This document shows, piece by piece, positions 11,850 through 25,500 of a stretch of 64,000 nt of DNA. The notes beneath the pieces are model-generated. The model worked only from the letters and a program-made list of their open reading frames with translations, did no database searches and was not told the origin of the DNA. The translations under genes were made by a program, and so were the position numbers. This DNA is from Takakia lepidozioides. Lineage: Eukaryota > Plantae > Bryophyta. The stretch covers positions 868,001 through 932,000 of the forward strand of contig CM060733.1 in assembly GCA_030704615.1 (NCBI GenBank). Direction: 5' to 3'. Within the stretch, counting starts at the first letter, position 1; each line of letters begins with the position of its first letter.

Positions 11850-13332
11850 CTAACGACCTTCAACTGAAGCATTCAGATCCGGACAGGAGGGTAGGTAGTG
11901 AGGAAAATAATCAAGATCATAACTATGGTACTCGTCATATCTACTGGGTCTTGATTCCTGCAAGACTCTCCAGGAATCCTGCGACATGTTATACACCATT
12001 GATGTATAAGGCCCAGCTCTGTCGTCCATGCTATTCAGATCTAGATATGTGCCCTCTACAAAAATATTGTCACCGTGCACCGCAATCCTCTATAACTCCA
12101 GGAAATCATACAGATCACCCCACTCATCTGGCAGAGTCTTGTGAGCCACAAATTCGCGGGTGCTTGGATTAAACCACGTCAAGAAAAGCTTTTGAATTAG
12201 ACTTCCCTCTGTATGTGCGTGATAAGTTAGGATTAAGAGATTGCCGTACTCCAGTAGAAGAGGACGTTGAAAAAAATCATTGACGATGTTAGACGGCAAC
12301 GCAGGAAGTTCGATGGGGTCCCTGATCCAAACACCCTCTTCGACATTGTATCCCACGAGCATTGTATCCCACGAGCAAATTAAGTTTTCTGAGATATCTA
12401 ATAGTTTTGAGTGCATGAAGTTGAAGACAAATCCACTTTGGAATGCAAATGAGACGCGAAATCGTGGTTTAGTATCCAAATGACTTTTGATTGCTCCCAA
12501 AGTTGTATGCACATTGCATATGTTGTCGTCAAGCCGGTGGTTCAAGAATAGAGCAAAAAACAAAGGCGAAACGCAACCCAACAGGTGTAGGAGTCATACG
12601 AGATGAAACAAATCTTGGTAAGCTACATAGTAAAGGAGGCCATTGCAAAGAGCATGATTTCCATTAGAAATCAGATACACATTCGGAGTATACTCGGAAC
12701 TGCTCCACAAATTCAGTCTTGAATCATAGACCCAGATGCTCCATCGCTCTGCAGCAATAGAATCATGTCAAGTGGGACCATGAAAATTTTATAAGAGTTG
12801 GTCTTTCTGGCCACTTTCATGCGAATAATCTGCTATCCCTCGACTTGATACAGTGGAGGCAATTTCTTCCATGCCCCTGCCAGAGGATTCCACACAAACA
12901 AATTAGCTGCAACGTCGTAGATATCGTATTTAGTGTCATGGGTACGGAAACATATAAGGCCTCCATCGCTGCCCATATATGCTTATCGTTGAGGTCACCC
13001 GGCATGGTTTGTCTGGTGTCCGAGTCCAAATGGTACCCAAACCATGATCTGTCCGCGCCTTCATCTACTTCCTCGACGGAAATCCGATACGGACCCCACT
13101 GATCGGATGACAGGTATAAAAGGAAGGGAGGACTATGAATGATGGACTCCCACGTCTTGCATTAAGTCGGTAGTTAAGTGCAGGCCACAGCCCTGCCACG
13201 GATGCCTATGTAAACATGGTGCCCAGACATGCATACACAACGAGCTCTGAACAGGCTGGGAAGAGGCAAGAAAGCCAGTGTTCTCTCCTTCAAATCTTCA
13301 GGTAAACTTCCCCATAGTCTCCGTCTTAACAT
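11850..13332 (-). pseudogene. F-box/kelch-type protein pseudogene
   Basis: From ATG 13332: MLRRRLWGSLPEDLKERTLAFLPLPSLFRARCVC[insertion]KTWESIIHSPPF (F-box). Then GSDGGLICF...LFVWNPLAGAWKKLPP, and a C-terminal VYNMSQDSW...PDLNASV typical of plant F-box/kelch proteins. Several stops and frameshifts. Confidence 0.8.
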
Positions 13333-14546
13333 GTTAAACTACTATGCCGATACAATCTAGACTAGAGCTTTACCGCCCACCAACACAGAGCGAGGCTTTC
13401 AAAGCCGAAGAGTGAGCGTGCGAGGAGACAAGGAGAGTGCGTCTTATATCTCGAGCGCGACGACAGACAGAAGTCAAGCTGTGTCTATATAACCACAGCA
13501 CGCATCTGCAGAGGAAGAGGAAACATTCACCGAGACCTTTGACAACACATTTGTAAGCCAGATTATGCATAACGTCAAATCTTTAGTTCATCACTTCACA
13601 GCCCAAGTGCAAGAGAAAAAGTGGCACGTCGACAGGCTTATCTGATCAACCGAAAATTTGCTAAGAATGATGAAGCATTGGTAGAACAATGTCTGCATCT
13701 ACCCGGGTACCTACAATCACCATATATTCTACACAATGTGGTATTTGAGAAAGATGAACTATCCACAGTTATCTACAAATCTGCCTCCAGCATCACAATA
13801 CTTTGCATATGATCGCTCTCCAGTAAGTGTTCTGGAGTTTCTGGAGTTTCTCCACACATCCTTCTCCCTCCAGTTCATGCACTCCACTCCAGTTTCGTCT
13901 GCCACATACATCGGAGAGTAGGTCAGAATGAGTCGGAAATGGTGTAAAGAAACAGGAGATGGGCTGCAGCTCGACCCCTTCCTGGAACGGGTGCTGCCTT
14001 CTTCACACCATGGTGTGACGATATACTGAGACAAGCACAAGGCACGAGAAGAAGAAACAGGCGGAGGAGAAGTACAAACAGAGAACTCCCACACCCCAGC
14101 TGAGTTGGGTCACATGGCTGCTTGGAGTGTCTGATTTTAAAGGCGTAGGAATTGGCATCACTAGCGAGCACAACGTGGATTACCGCACTGCTGAAGTAAG
14201 AGATATGAGACAGGGGGATACACCAGAATGACTAACCTCAAAAATGGTTGACTCTGACAGATGCCCAGTTTCTCACACTCAAGACACACAACTCCAATTT
14301 TATGAGTACCAGGCCTGGAGGTCGAAGACCGCTTATAAGGAGTACAGATGATGAGGTTGAGGCTCGGATCTCCAGAAGATTCAAAGGGTTTGGAAAGAAG
14401 ATTCAAAGTGAAGAGGGGTTGTAGATTCGTCAGCTGGTCCAACACAATAGAACGCAATTTCATGTCAGCAACAAAGCACTGCGTTTGAGTGTGGAGAGCT
14501 CAGAACAGTACCTGCAGCCTCCAGTAACAGAGAACTCGACCAGTAG

Positions 14547-14828
14547 TCAATAGGGAGAGTGTCGGTGATGAGCGTGAGGAGGAGGAGGCGGTGGATGATG
14601 ATGCGGGGGAGGCGGACCATAGCCATAACCGTAGTCATTGCGATAAGGACTATCTCTTCCATATCCAAAGCAATTGAACAGGCTTCCGAAACAGTGACAC
14701 GCCTGAGAGACAAGAATGCACGGAAAACAGCAGCATGTTGTGCATAGGTCATCAGATGGCCCGTGATGGTGGTGGTGTGGCGGTGGTGGATGATGGTGAT
14801 GAGGCCCCCCGAATAATGGAAGACACAT
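14547..14828 (-). CDS. Small (93 aa) His/Pro-rich protein with a central Cys-rich segment
   Basis: ATG-initiated single-exon ORF: PHHHHPPPPHHHHHG - CTTCCCFPCILVSQACHC...C - GYGYGPPPPHHHPPPPPPHAHHRH. TATAAG lies ~90 bp upstream on the - strand (~14919-14924). Confidence 0.65.
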   Translation of the reverse strand: MCLPLFGGPHHHHPPPPHHHHHGPSDDLCTTCCCFPCILVSQACHCFGSLFNCFGYGRDSPYRNDYGYGYGPPPPHHHPPPPPPHAHHRHSPY

Positions 14829-16157
14829 GATGCGAGAAAGACCTCAACAAACAAGCTCGTGAGCTCAAAAGCAAGGGAGAGTGAATGACCAACACAAAGA
14901 AGCAGAGCTCACTGTCAACTTAATAATATGAGAAACCCAGAGATTGTAGATACTACGCCACCATACGCAGATCCGGTGGCCACTAAAAACTATGCACAGA
15001 AAAGATGGGCAGGAGTCTGTGCACACAGTATGTGTTATTCACTACACATCACAATGGCAGTTTGGGCAAGAGCATGATCTGGCTCGTTGTGTGTCACAAT
15101 ATCGCAGGCTCCACACAGATCTTATACGCTTATCCATGCAGTTCCTCAAAGAGCAAACCGGGTGCTCGGAGATCTCGTGTGAGTTAATGAACGGGCAAAA
15201 TGGAGGTACAAGAAGAATGGTGGGCCCAGACGCTAGGATGCATGGCGGCCACGCCACACCGTGGCGTCATGGCAGGTGTGCTCCTCTCCACCTTCGACAC
15301 GCGAGGCTGCTGCCAAGTAGGACTCTCCACTGGTTTTTTCACACTTGTCTGTGCGCAATTCTCCGTTTGCCTCGTGCAGCAATGTGTGGCTGCCTAGTTC
15401 ATCCGCTGTGGGCCGTGGCGGGTGTCTCTTTTCCGAGAAAGTTTATGCATGGTATGGGCATCTAGATTCTCCTTGCAGGTTGGGAAGAGGATACCAGAAG
15501 GTGCACTGCGGAGTCTCGCATCGTACCACGCTCAGCGTTTTGTTTTCAGATCAAATTGTAGTCCACCGCTACTCCAATCTAAGAGCGTGACTCTTTCTGT
15601 TCTCGAGGAGGTTCCTCAGCTCCAAAGTATCGGCAATCGAGGGATACTGACCCCAGTCGCCGCACCACAGTAGGTTCCTGCTGGAAGGTCGTCACATGTG
15701 CAGATGAAGGAGGCGCTAAGTGTCTGTGTTGTAACGGATATGAAGGCAGGCTACTCAATCTCGACACCCATGGCTTCCCTCCGGTATATCAGTTAGCAAA
15801 CCTTTGGGCTGGGCAGGTGAATGCAGGGACTGCCTACTTCCTGAATTCCTTTCAAGTTTCTGGATATAATAGTTCATGATGCCAAAGAGAGAACCACATT
15901 ATGGCTTTGGAATGTGGGCGCATTGAACATTCACAGCTCCAGGTGCCATAGATTAAACTTTCTAGACAATGCAAATGCCTTGCTACATCGGCAATGGGGA
16001 GAAGTGTCAGACTGGAGCACTCACATTTTACCTGTGCATATGTGCACATTGTACCTGGATATTAAAAAGTCATTTCTTTTGAATTGTCCTTTCACATTTT
16101 TTTCTCTGTGCATCAGAATCTTGTTTGAATCACCAAAGTGAATTTTTTGCATTCAGG

Positions 16158-17450
16158 ATGTATAAATCATCAGGTGCAATGTGGAAGCGGCTGCCCATGT
16201 GTGCATGCCATACTAATGGCAACGTTGCCAAGTCAGTGATGGTGCCAAAGATATGGCCTCCTGCAGTGGGGCCTGGAGCAAAGCTAAGGCAGGTGATAGC
16301 AAGTCGCCTGCAGGGAGATGTTTACAGGCTTGGAGATGGTTCAAAGAGAAGAATTTTGCAAGGGGAATGCCGTGATTGTGCACATGCTTTATCTTCGAAT
16401 TCAAGAGGGGTCGAGAAATTCTACAAGAAAGTACCTGCAGTAACCTCTGTGATAGGTGCATATCCACTGGGGCAAAGACAGCTAAGCCAGTCCCTGTCTT
16501 ATTCCTCCTCCAAATCAGTGTGTCTGTATGACGTACAGGGCTTCACCGTGGATCCACGAGTCTTTTCAATTCCGGAGCCTGCATTGCTTGTCTATGTTGA
16601 TGAAACAAGTAGAATTTCATCAATTATTCATCCTCAGATTGACCCTTCCCCTGAGGTCCGTCCATCTCTGGATCCCAACCCTTCTATCCCAGGCCCTGAT
16701 CTACCTCCTCCTTCTGTCTCTCCAGAATTCCAGCCAGGTGTTTCTCCCTCTGAAGTCCCTACCCCAACTCGAGGTCCTGAAATCCCAGTTCCGATTCCCA
16801 CTGAGGTGCCATCTGTAAATCCGGTACCTTTTCCAGAGTTTGAGCCCCCTACAGGACCAGAATTCTTGCCCCCTTCACCCTCAGAAGTTCCAACCTTCAC
16901 TCCGTCAGAATCCCCAGTGCCTTCAATTCCTGTAGAAATACCAAATCCTTCCCCTGCTCAAACTCATGTACTTTCACCCTCCGATTTTCCTTCTCCGATC
17001 CCAGACATGAGCCCCCAAATGGTCTCGGGAATTCCTTGGGGACCTCCCATCCAAATCCCAAATGTGGTTCCTATCCCTCCACCAGGGGTGCCAAATCCCA
17101 CTCTGCCCCCGCAAACCCCACCCATTCTGCCTCCAGGAACTCCACCTTCCATTCCACTCCCCCAAACACCACCATTCCCCCCTGAAAATCTTGGCCCACT
17201 GCCTCCACCAACAGAGCCCCCTCTTCATCCTGGTACACCACCCTACCCAGATCCTCCTGAAATACCTGATCCTTCACCTCCTCCTTTTCCTGGCCCTGAG
17301 GTCCCTGGGCCATCACCTCCTTCTTTTCCTGGCCCTGAGATCCCTGGGCCATCACCTCCTCTTCCTGGCCCTGAGATCCCTGGACCTTCCCGCCCTCCTT
17401 TCCCTGGCACCCCTCCCACCCTTTTGGGTCCCATAACTCATGTGGCATAG
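16158..17450 (+). CDS. Proline-rich protein (~430 aa) with a basic Ser/Arg-rich N-terminus and a long P/E-rich repetitive C-terminus
   Basis: Long open frame. The ATG directly follows a splice-acceptor-like TTTTGCATTCAG|G. The C-terminal half consists of PE(V/I/F)P and GPSPP..PGPEIP repeats. Family not recognised. Confidence 0.75.
   Translation: MYKSSGAMWKRLPMCACHTNGNVAKSVMVPKIWPPAVGPGAKLRQVIASRLQGDVYRLGDGSKRRILQGECRDCAHALSSNSRGVEKFYKKVPAVTSVIGAYPLGQRQLSQSLSYSSSKSVCLYDVQGFTVDPRVFSIPEPALLVYVDETSRISSIIHPQIDPSPEVRPSLDPNPSIPGPDLPPPSVSPEFQPGVSPSEVPTPTRGPEIPVPIPTEVPSVNPVPFPEFEPPTGPEFLPPSPSEVPTFTPSESPVPSIPVEIPNPSPAQTHVLSPSDFPSPIPDMSPQMVSGIPWGPPIQIPNVVPIPPPGVPNPTLPPQTPPILPPGTPPSIPLPQTPPFPPENLGPLPPPTEPPLHPGTPPYPDPPEIPDPSPPPFPGPEVPGPSPPSFPGPEIPGPSPPLPGPEIPGPSRPPFPGTPPTLLGPITHVA
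17265..17410 (+). repeat. ~36-39-bp coding tandem repeats (GPSPPSFPGPEIP)
   Basis: CCTGGCCCTGAG(G/A)TCCCTGG(G/A)CC recurs three times at ~17288, 17327 and 17363. Confidence 0.8.
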
Positions 17451-19298
17451 GTATTTAGTGTACATGTTGCATCCCTTGCTCATTCAAAGTCAAGGAATGA
17501 TTTCTTGTATGTGACATTCTTATGGTTGGAGAGATGGTTAGGTGTGTCTGTCTCTCTTCCCCTCTCTTTAGCTGCTTCTGTAGCTATCCTCTGCACTGAC
17601 AGCAAATCAGACCAGACGCTAGTTTCAAACTCAAGTTGAGATGCACACATCTCTACAATGTGAGAACTGATTAGATGCGGCCTCGGCATGCCACTTTTTG
17701 CACATGATTAAGGTGGACTGTTCCTCTTTTCAATAGACTTCAATAGGAACTCTGTTGGTTCCTAGTAGGATAGATCCTCTTTGGTTATCCATATTCCGGG
17801 AAAGCTGGGGTGTTTTGAAGTAAAAAAAATTTTGTAGTCATTCTTGAGAAGAGTTCATGTATGTTTGAACAAATCTCCCCCAGAGAGATTTTAAGTTTGG
17901 GTTGGCCAGTGATAGAAGTCTCAAAGCCTAAAACCAGGTGCAGGATGGAAGATGGTAGCTGCTGCTATCAAGGGATTGCACATTGCAAGGGTCGGTGGCC
18001 TTGACTCCTGGAGTGACCCAGTCTCTGGCCTATCTCATCCACGGGTGAGGGGGTCACATGGAAAGAGGTCCTAATAGAGGGTGGGTTTCCAAGAAGATAG
18101 CATGAAAATTAACCTTTGAAATGCTTTTCAATGAGAGTTGCACGGGTATCAAGCAAGCCTGCAATGGACAAACAAGTCTACCTCACTGTCCATGGCAACA
18201 AGGGGCTTTTATGAGTAGCAAGGGTGCTCTTAGGCTGTGAGTGGACACAGGATGTCCTGTCATTTAGAAAGTTCTACTCATCCCTGGGAAAGTTTAAGTC
18301 ATGTATGTCAACAAACCAGCTATATGAAAGCTCTGAACAAGTAAAAGGCTTGTGTTGCCAGTTCAGTGGATTGACTCCAAGGTTCTCCTGGGGTGCCTTG
18401 CTTATGAATTGGTGCATCACCTCTCTCTTCACAGTCTGTTACATGCCAGTGTAGACAACATGATCAATTCTCATTCTATGAAAGGCAAAAACAGGGAGAT
18501 GAGGGAGATTGCATTCCCTAGGCCTCATGTGAGTTCACAGAGTAAAAACTACATGGCTGTATCTCATCCAAGAGAGAAATTTTCCCTTCATAAGAATCCT
18601 CTTCGGAAAAGATACAAGTTTTTTGACAGCCAGCAAAAGGGACACTCTTAAGGGAAGTTCTTGCTTGTCCAAGATGATTTTCTAGGGGTTTGGCTAGAAC
18701 CTCAGAAAAGCTGTCATTAGCCAAGGAAAGAGGTGGGAAGTTGTGAGTGTGCAGCATCGGCCACACCATGAGTAGAGAATCATTGAATGCTGTGATGTAT
18801 CTCTTTCTGTTTCTCTGCTTCATACACTGAACATCCGAACAAACAGTCTGTGTTATGGCCAGTTTTTTACCGGAAAGCTTTTGAGGAAGGAGAAGGAGAC
18901 GGAAGAGAGAACAGGGGGAGGAGAATGCAGCTATACTCAGGTGGAGGGAAAGGAATCCAGGCAAGGTGGGGTGAAAGGGAAAGCAGGTTATACATAATCT
19001 AGTGGGAGATCTGCTTACTGCTCTGAACCTAGAAAGAAAAGATGTTCTCTTAAGGGAGAAAAGCCACCTTGTGTATCATGCATTGCTAATGCAATTTCCA
19101 CTCTCCCACCATCAAGAAGCACAGGCTGATTTTGTTTTCTATATATTCATACACCCATGCACCCTCCCTGTTGTGTATGTACTGTATGTTGTGATGCTCC
19201 AGCAGTCTTGACTATGTGTGCCATCTCTTTATCTCTCTTTGGGGACTCATTGTCGACTGAAAGACGTACCAAATATCTGAGGTAGGACAAGACTAATA

Positions 19299-22100
19299 TC
19301 ACATCTCAGATTCAGCCAACATTCTGGTGGGAATAAAACCTACACCAATGTCCGGGGGCCATTCAATTTTCCTTGCAATCCATGCTTCCTTAAATGCTTC
19401 TCGCAAGTGTTGGTCTCTCTCGTTTAGCACCCACGGATACAGCTGGAGGAGAGGTGAGAAGACAGCACCTCCAATTAAAAAGTCTTTTTCACTTAGCAAC
19501 GTGTCTAGCAGGACCTGTCGATACAACACCAGAAAGGGGACCTCCTCATTTGATGCCAGTATTGTTCGTGGTAGCAGCCTGCAGTGCCAAAGAGTGAGAC
19601 ACTTGAGATACGCGACCGAGCTTGAGTTTGAAAATAAAATGGGAAACTTGTAATATCCACCTGTAAAATGTGCAAGTAGCCCCTCGTCTACCATGGGACC
19701 TGTGACAAGTACTATGAAGTAGATTGCTGTAGCACAGCCAGTAGTGATTACCCTGAATATTTTCGCTGGAATGATGGCAGCTCATAGCAGTGAAGCTGTA
19801 AGATAGATGTGGTTACCCCCTTCCTTTTGCATAACCCCTGATGTCGCCCTGGCAATAAAACAATCCATTTTGTTAATGTATGGATTTTTTCTGTTCTGCA
19901 GTTTCATTTACTGCCAATGATCCTTAGTGTGGGTGATGTGGTCTTCTTAGGGAATTGATTGAGAATGCAGGATGGCATCCAAGTGATGGGTTTTGGTAGA
20001 AAATACAAGGCACACAAGACATCTAAGAGGGTCTTGCATCCTTGGGAAGTATTTGGTGTACATTGCAGAAGTAGTCTCAAATCTTGCAAAAGTTGATTGT
20101 GGTGCGTTTTCATACCAAGAGATGCATTCTCAATCTCCACAGGGCTCTGGAAGTACCCCCCTAGGAGGAGCAAATCAAAGATCCTCTTCTTCACCATTTC
20201 CTCCAAGCACTCTCGGTTGTGAGGAAGCTCCAGCAATGCCCATGCACAGGTTACCTCAGTAACTTGGTGGCTTGCCTCCAGGCTGCTGCTGTATGGTAAA
20301 CTTGCACCCTCTGGAATGATAGCAAAGCAGTTAAGACTCATTTGATGGGGTAAATTTCTGTCAAACAAGCTTGAATTTCCTTGACTCTAGGTCCTGGAGT
20401 CTGTCCTGTCCGTCTGTCTCTTTTCCGCTTTCTGTTTGTCGCTTGCTCACCCTATAGAGGCTGCTCTTTCCTCTTTACACAGATGGGGAGAGCAAACACA
20501 GCAAGATAGAGGGCTACAGAGGTTCAGTATCATCTTTTCATGTATGATGTCAAAGCCATCAACACAAAACCTTGTGCAATTGGACTGTTGTTCCTGTAAA
20601 AAGGTGCCATTACAACTTATAATGCATCTCCAGGGATTATGATCCCACTGGACCCATGCCCTTAAAACACGTCATAGGCAACGTTCACAGCAAACATCTA
20701 AGGTTATGTCTCCCTCTATCCCTCACTCCAAAGGAATGTTCCAAAGAAAGCTCATTAGTCTATTCAAGTTGGATGTTGCACTGATGATGCTTACCAGCAC
20801 TGGCTTCATACGAGACATTGACTTCCAGATACAAAGACACTCCCACCTTGTCATACTGCAGCAGGCAACGGCTTGCTCCCTGTGCCACTCTCAAAAGAAA
20901 TACAAACAACCACAATGGACGACTTATTCAGACCTGAAGTTCATAGATTCTGGTAAAATCTCTACTCTACGCTTCTTATTGGTACAGGCCTAGAGTCATC
21001 TGTCTTCCCCAATTTCCAACTGAGAACATTGTTATCTAGGTGATTGATGATGGTAGAATCCTTATGGAAAGAATCACTGCCATGGCCTGGATTGTTACTG
21101 TAAAACTGCAGCTGTGCAAATAAGTCTCATGGAGGTAAGTTGCTTGATCTCTAGTGCTTTGTCTGTTTGTAATGAGTTACTCATAAGCTCTTTGAGTTCT
21201 TTATGGACGTTACACTTGCTTTCTTTCTCTGAGTCTTTTAGTCCCGTAGGCCCTCTGATCCTCCTGTGGACATAAGAAATTTCACAAGAAAGTTTCTCCT
21301 GCTGCTTCTTTCTTCTCTCTAGCTGTCTGACTTTCCCATGGGCCCTTGAGTCCGCTGCAGACATTAGAAAGTTTCCTTCGTTCCTTCTAAGCTCTATGAG
21401 CTTTCCGCGGACGTTATAAAGCACCATTTCATTTCTTGGTTTCTCCTTTCTGGGCTTGTTATCAGACTATTGAGTTTCTTTCTAAGATCTTTGAGCTTTC
21501 CATGGACATTACGAAGTGTCATTTCATTTCACCTAATTAAATCCTTGGATTCTCATTTTGTACTTTCTTTGGTCACAAGGTCATTTGGCTTCTGTGGATA
21601 TGATAGCTTTTCCTCCTCTGTCCCATAACCATTGGTGCTAACTTACAGACAGTGAAAGTGGCCCTCTCCAGACAAATTTCAGGAAACTCTGGTGCACCAC
21701 GTCAGTAACACTCCATCAAACTGAAATTCCTTTGCAAGAGATCAGAAAAGATAGTCGGTGGGCCACTGCAGTTTGATCAGACCTTGTTGGTAAAAATCCA
21801 TGGATCTTCGTCATCAAGGGCCTTGGCAGCTGAGAAGACGTGTACATTTCCAACAAATTGGCAACCATCAAACAGACACACTCTTACTTTCCTGCTTAGA
21901 GGGGGTCTCATTAGTCCTGCATGCCAAAAGATCCACTGGAGTTTTTCGAGTGACCAAGCTACCCAGCAAAGAGAGATGCACGACAATTCACTCTTTTCAC
22001 TTACTTCAAGCTATTCCAATATTTCCTGTGCTTCCTAAGAGGATCCATGGCCATAACCTTCTGTGTGGAGCATTCTACAAAAATCATAACAAAAGGGGCG
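19299..22100 (-). pseudogene. Degraded coding-like region of unknown family, including a coiled-coil-like segment
   Basis: Several protein-like ORF pieces in different frames (19299-19694, 19904-20368, 21095-21427, 21777-21986), separated by stops. No motif recognised. Confidence 0.3.
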
Positions 22101-23379
22101 ATGATCACAAGTAGAATTAACAGTCTGATTAATAGTATACTTCAGAGTTTCTTTACTGTTGGCCTTTCTACTAGCAGAGCCTACCAGTTACAGGCACATT
22201 GAAAGCTCCAGTGATTGCAATGTCAAAGCTATTCACAGAGTCCTGCAGTGACAGCAAATTCTGTTATTAAGACGACCCTTGTCTCAAAGCCACCAATATC
22301 CATTTATAGCCTCAAAATTTTCTAGCAGTTGTTATATGCGGCTCTTGAGGTGCCTCATAGACAACGCAGAATGGAGTTAAGGTCTGGTGATAATCTTATT
22401 CAAAATGACCATAACCGTCCTCTTCAGTGCTCATTCACTTGCCCATTTTTCAAGAGAACATGCCTCAAACTCTCTCCCTCTTTGGCTCTCTTGGATGTCA
22501 TAAATTTCTTCTTCTCTGTTTCTCTCCAGGGTTCAATTTAGTCATCAGATCTGCATGTGGGTAAAACTGCTCTTACACAACACAACGTTGATGGACCTGA
22601 TAATCACCTGATTGATCTCATCAGGAGTTTTAGGACAAAGATCACTAAAGCCAAAGTCGTCCGCTAACGGATCAGGACGCAGGGACGAAGACAGCAGCAG
22701 CTCCCCTGCTCCCAGATGCCATGGCCTGAGGACAAGAGGGAGAGGAAGGGATTGCAGGGAGAGAGAAAATCAGCAGCAACATTTCGATATGCATTGAAAG
22801 CTTTTCTTTGCATTGAAACCTCTACCAATTTAGAAAACCAAATGCCGCATCATAGCAGGAACTCCATAACTTGGCAGAGGCAAGACATACGCACAAAAGT
22901 ATCGAAGTCTCAGTATGGGATCTACCTCTCAAAACCAAGGCCTCCAAGACCGATGGCCGTGCAGTTGAGGTGAGCTCTCCTAAGCTGTTGATGTATAGCA
23001 TTGCAGCTGCCTCAATCTCGCCACCAGATGATGTCTTCACACTCTCCCCGGAGTCCATTGAAGGCTGTCTCCCTTTGTTATGGACTGAAGAGAAAACCCA
23101 TCCAGACATTTGGATTTCAATTGGATAAGTGGTGGCACTTCCCTTAAAAAGTTCACAGGATGTACTTCATGGATTCTTACATGAACCTACCCTTTGTTAC
23201 TGTTTAGTCAGAGCAGTGTCCCTGACAGTGTGTTTGGTAGCAACAACAACACACAATAATTTTTCCCTGACCTATCTGTATCGAATGTCTCCCAAGTTCC
23301 AGCCAAAATCATTCCACAATCAAGAAGGTATCCAAAACAGCACAACGCAGAAAATCTTTTCTAACAACTAGGTGATATA

Positions 23380-23970
23380 CTATAGACATTTCAGGTCAAA
23401 GAATCTAAAATAAAGTGAAAGAGGGAGGACATAGGCTTTACTGGATGGTGAAGAGACCATAGATCCAACAGGATATTTTCCACGGCCACTGCTACCTGAG
23501 CCAGAGACAGAGCCCCTAACTTCTTTTTTGATTGGCTTCTTCTGATTCGCCACAGACAATCTTTCACCAGAATTGCTTCGAATTCGCTTTGGCAAAATGA
23601 TCATATTGACCTGCTCAAGGGTTTCTAAACTCAAGGCACGTACGGTTCTCGGTCCCTTGGCAGCAATCCTCTTTCCATCGTCTCTACTAGATTTTGTTGC
23701 TGAAGTGGAGGGACTGCCCTGCCTCAAATTGGACAGGAACGAGTTTCTTTTCTGATTTGAAAGTTTCTCATTATTTCGAGCCAATCCTTTCTTTTTGGCC
23801 ATGTCCTTTGAGCTTGGTCCAAGCGAAATAGATTTACTGTCTTCTTGTAATTTCTTGGTGGAGGGGCTCGCCAATATTGTAGTAAAGTTTGCTGCCAGCT
23901 TTGATATTTCAGTTTCATGGTGTTTTTGGCGGTCAGCAGTTTCCGGCTTCTCAGGTGTCTCCTTCACCAT
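23380..23970 (-). CDS. Probable first coding exon of an unknown Lys/Ser-rich (disordered) protein
   Basis: 196-aa ATG ORF preceded by an acceptor (TTTACACAG| at ~24002). Candidate upstream 5'-UTR exons with AG/GT borders (~24801-24856) and a CT-repeat/telo-box leader at ~25430-25560. The true 3' exon boundary is not determined. Confidence 0.4.
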   Translation of the reverse strand: MVKETPEKPETADRQKHHETEISKLAANFTTILASPSTKKLQEDSKSISLGPSSKDMAKKKGLARNNEKLSNQKRNSFLSNLRQGSPSTSATKSSRDDGKRIAAKGPRTVRALSLETLEQVNMIILPKRIRSNSGERLSVANQKKPIKKEVRGSVSGSGSSGRGKYPVGSMVSSPSSKAYVLPLSLYFRFFDLKCL

Positions 23971-25500
23971 GTTCGGTCACTACATCTTGAGTGCCTCTCT
24001 ACCTGTGTAAATAGCTATATACAACAATTGGGTATTTACAACATTGCACTTATGAACAGAGCAGACTCGTGAACACACATAGCACTCCGAACAATTGCAA
24101 AAGAGAGGACGTCGACTTAGCTGTACAGGTTGAAGATCCCAACATTTCCTTCCAATTAGTTCACACTAAAATTCCCTGGGATGAAGGTGCAGCTGGTACT
24201 TAAAACACAGACCTATTCATGACTCAAGTTTGCCAAGGTCTGTTTAAGGGTGACCTGTCATTCAACATTCATTGCCTCTATAAAAGGGCAAATCGGAAAA
24301 AGTTATATCCTACTGAGGTCAATGGCAGTTAGTCTATGGAGCGACTGTCTTTTTGACCATCATGTTCGACTACTATGATCTCTACCCTCAGATGGCGGTG
24401 AGCAATCTTGGTTCATATCTTTGTAGGTTTTAGAAGCAGTTCTGGAGAATTGCCTTACGCCCTGCAATCAATATCAGACTGCGATCTCAAAGAAATAGCA
24501 TGCTGCACTAACCGAAATTCTGCAACACTCCATATCGTTACAAATTCATTCAAAACCCCTGTATATTATTCCAGTAATCCTTTTTTCTCCCCGTTTCCTC
24601 CCACCTATTCTTGTCCTTAGGAACACAACATTATAAAGAACCAATCCAAAAATCAGTAAAAAGGTATCTTGCCTTTGAGTTGCATATTCTCTCAAAAGAC
24701 CAGAAAAAAAAATTGGACCAGCAAATTGTGCTGTGTTGCATGTGTTATGGGTGCTTGTTCATTTCCATTCCCGCATAGTGATTAAAAAGGAATAGTGTAC
24801 CTGAAGAACCATCGATCCACAACTTTACCAGTATCAAAAGTCTTCTTGAAAACTACCTGTCAAACACATAAACATACTAAGATCCTTGCTTTTGTGTCTA
24901 TTCTCTGTGTCACCACCACCCAGAGCAGGGTCTAGGGCACAGGGCCTTCGTCGTTCGCTAACAGTCCTACAAACAGTTTGTGCTTGGCCTTAAGGATGTG
25001 GGAATACGTCTCGTGAATTCACACAGAATTGCCATGAACTCTCTCGGCCGCTACGATGAGGTTGCTATTTTTTCCTTCTCTTCCTTCTCCAGAGCAAATA
25101 GACATACATTGAATGAAGGAAGTTGAAGAGGGATGAGACAAGACAGTGTACCGACAAAGTTGCAACCCATCGCCGAGGTGCCATCATGTAGCTCCAAAAA
25201 TGACCTGCTTAGGGTTTCTTTCGGAACCCTAATAATAACAATACAAACGTTTTCTGTCTACTCGGAGAGATGGAGACGACGAGGATATGATTCATGTATG
25301 GAACTTCATGTACTTGATGTAGCCCCACTTTCACGCGCTCTTCGAACCTTCGAACCCCGTTAGGACAGTATCATTAAAATAAATCTCCCTGGGCACAGGC
25401 ACATGGCTCATGTAGCTTTCGACCTTCGGACATTAGGTTTAGGGTTAGGGTTACTCGAATTTCCTCGTTCTCTCCTGCTGTCCTTCTCTTTGGGGGTTTG

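Noticed and set aside
16634-17448. Several Gly-rich or Leu/His-rich ORFs overlapping the Pro-rich gene
   Set aside because: Shadow frames of CCN-rich repetitive coding sequence.
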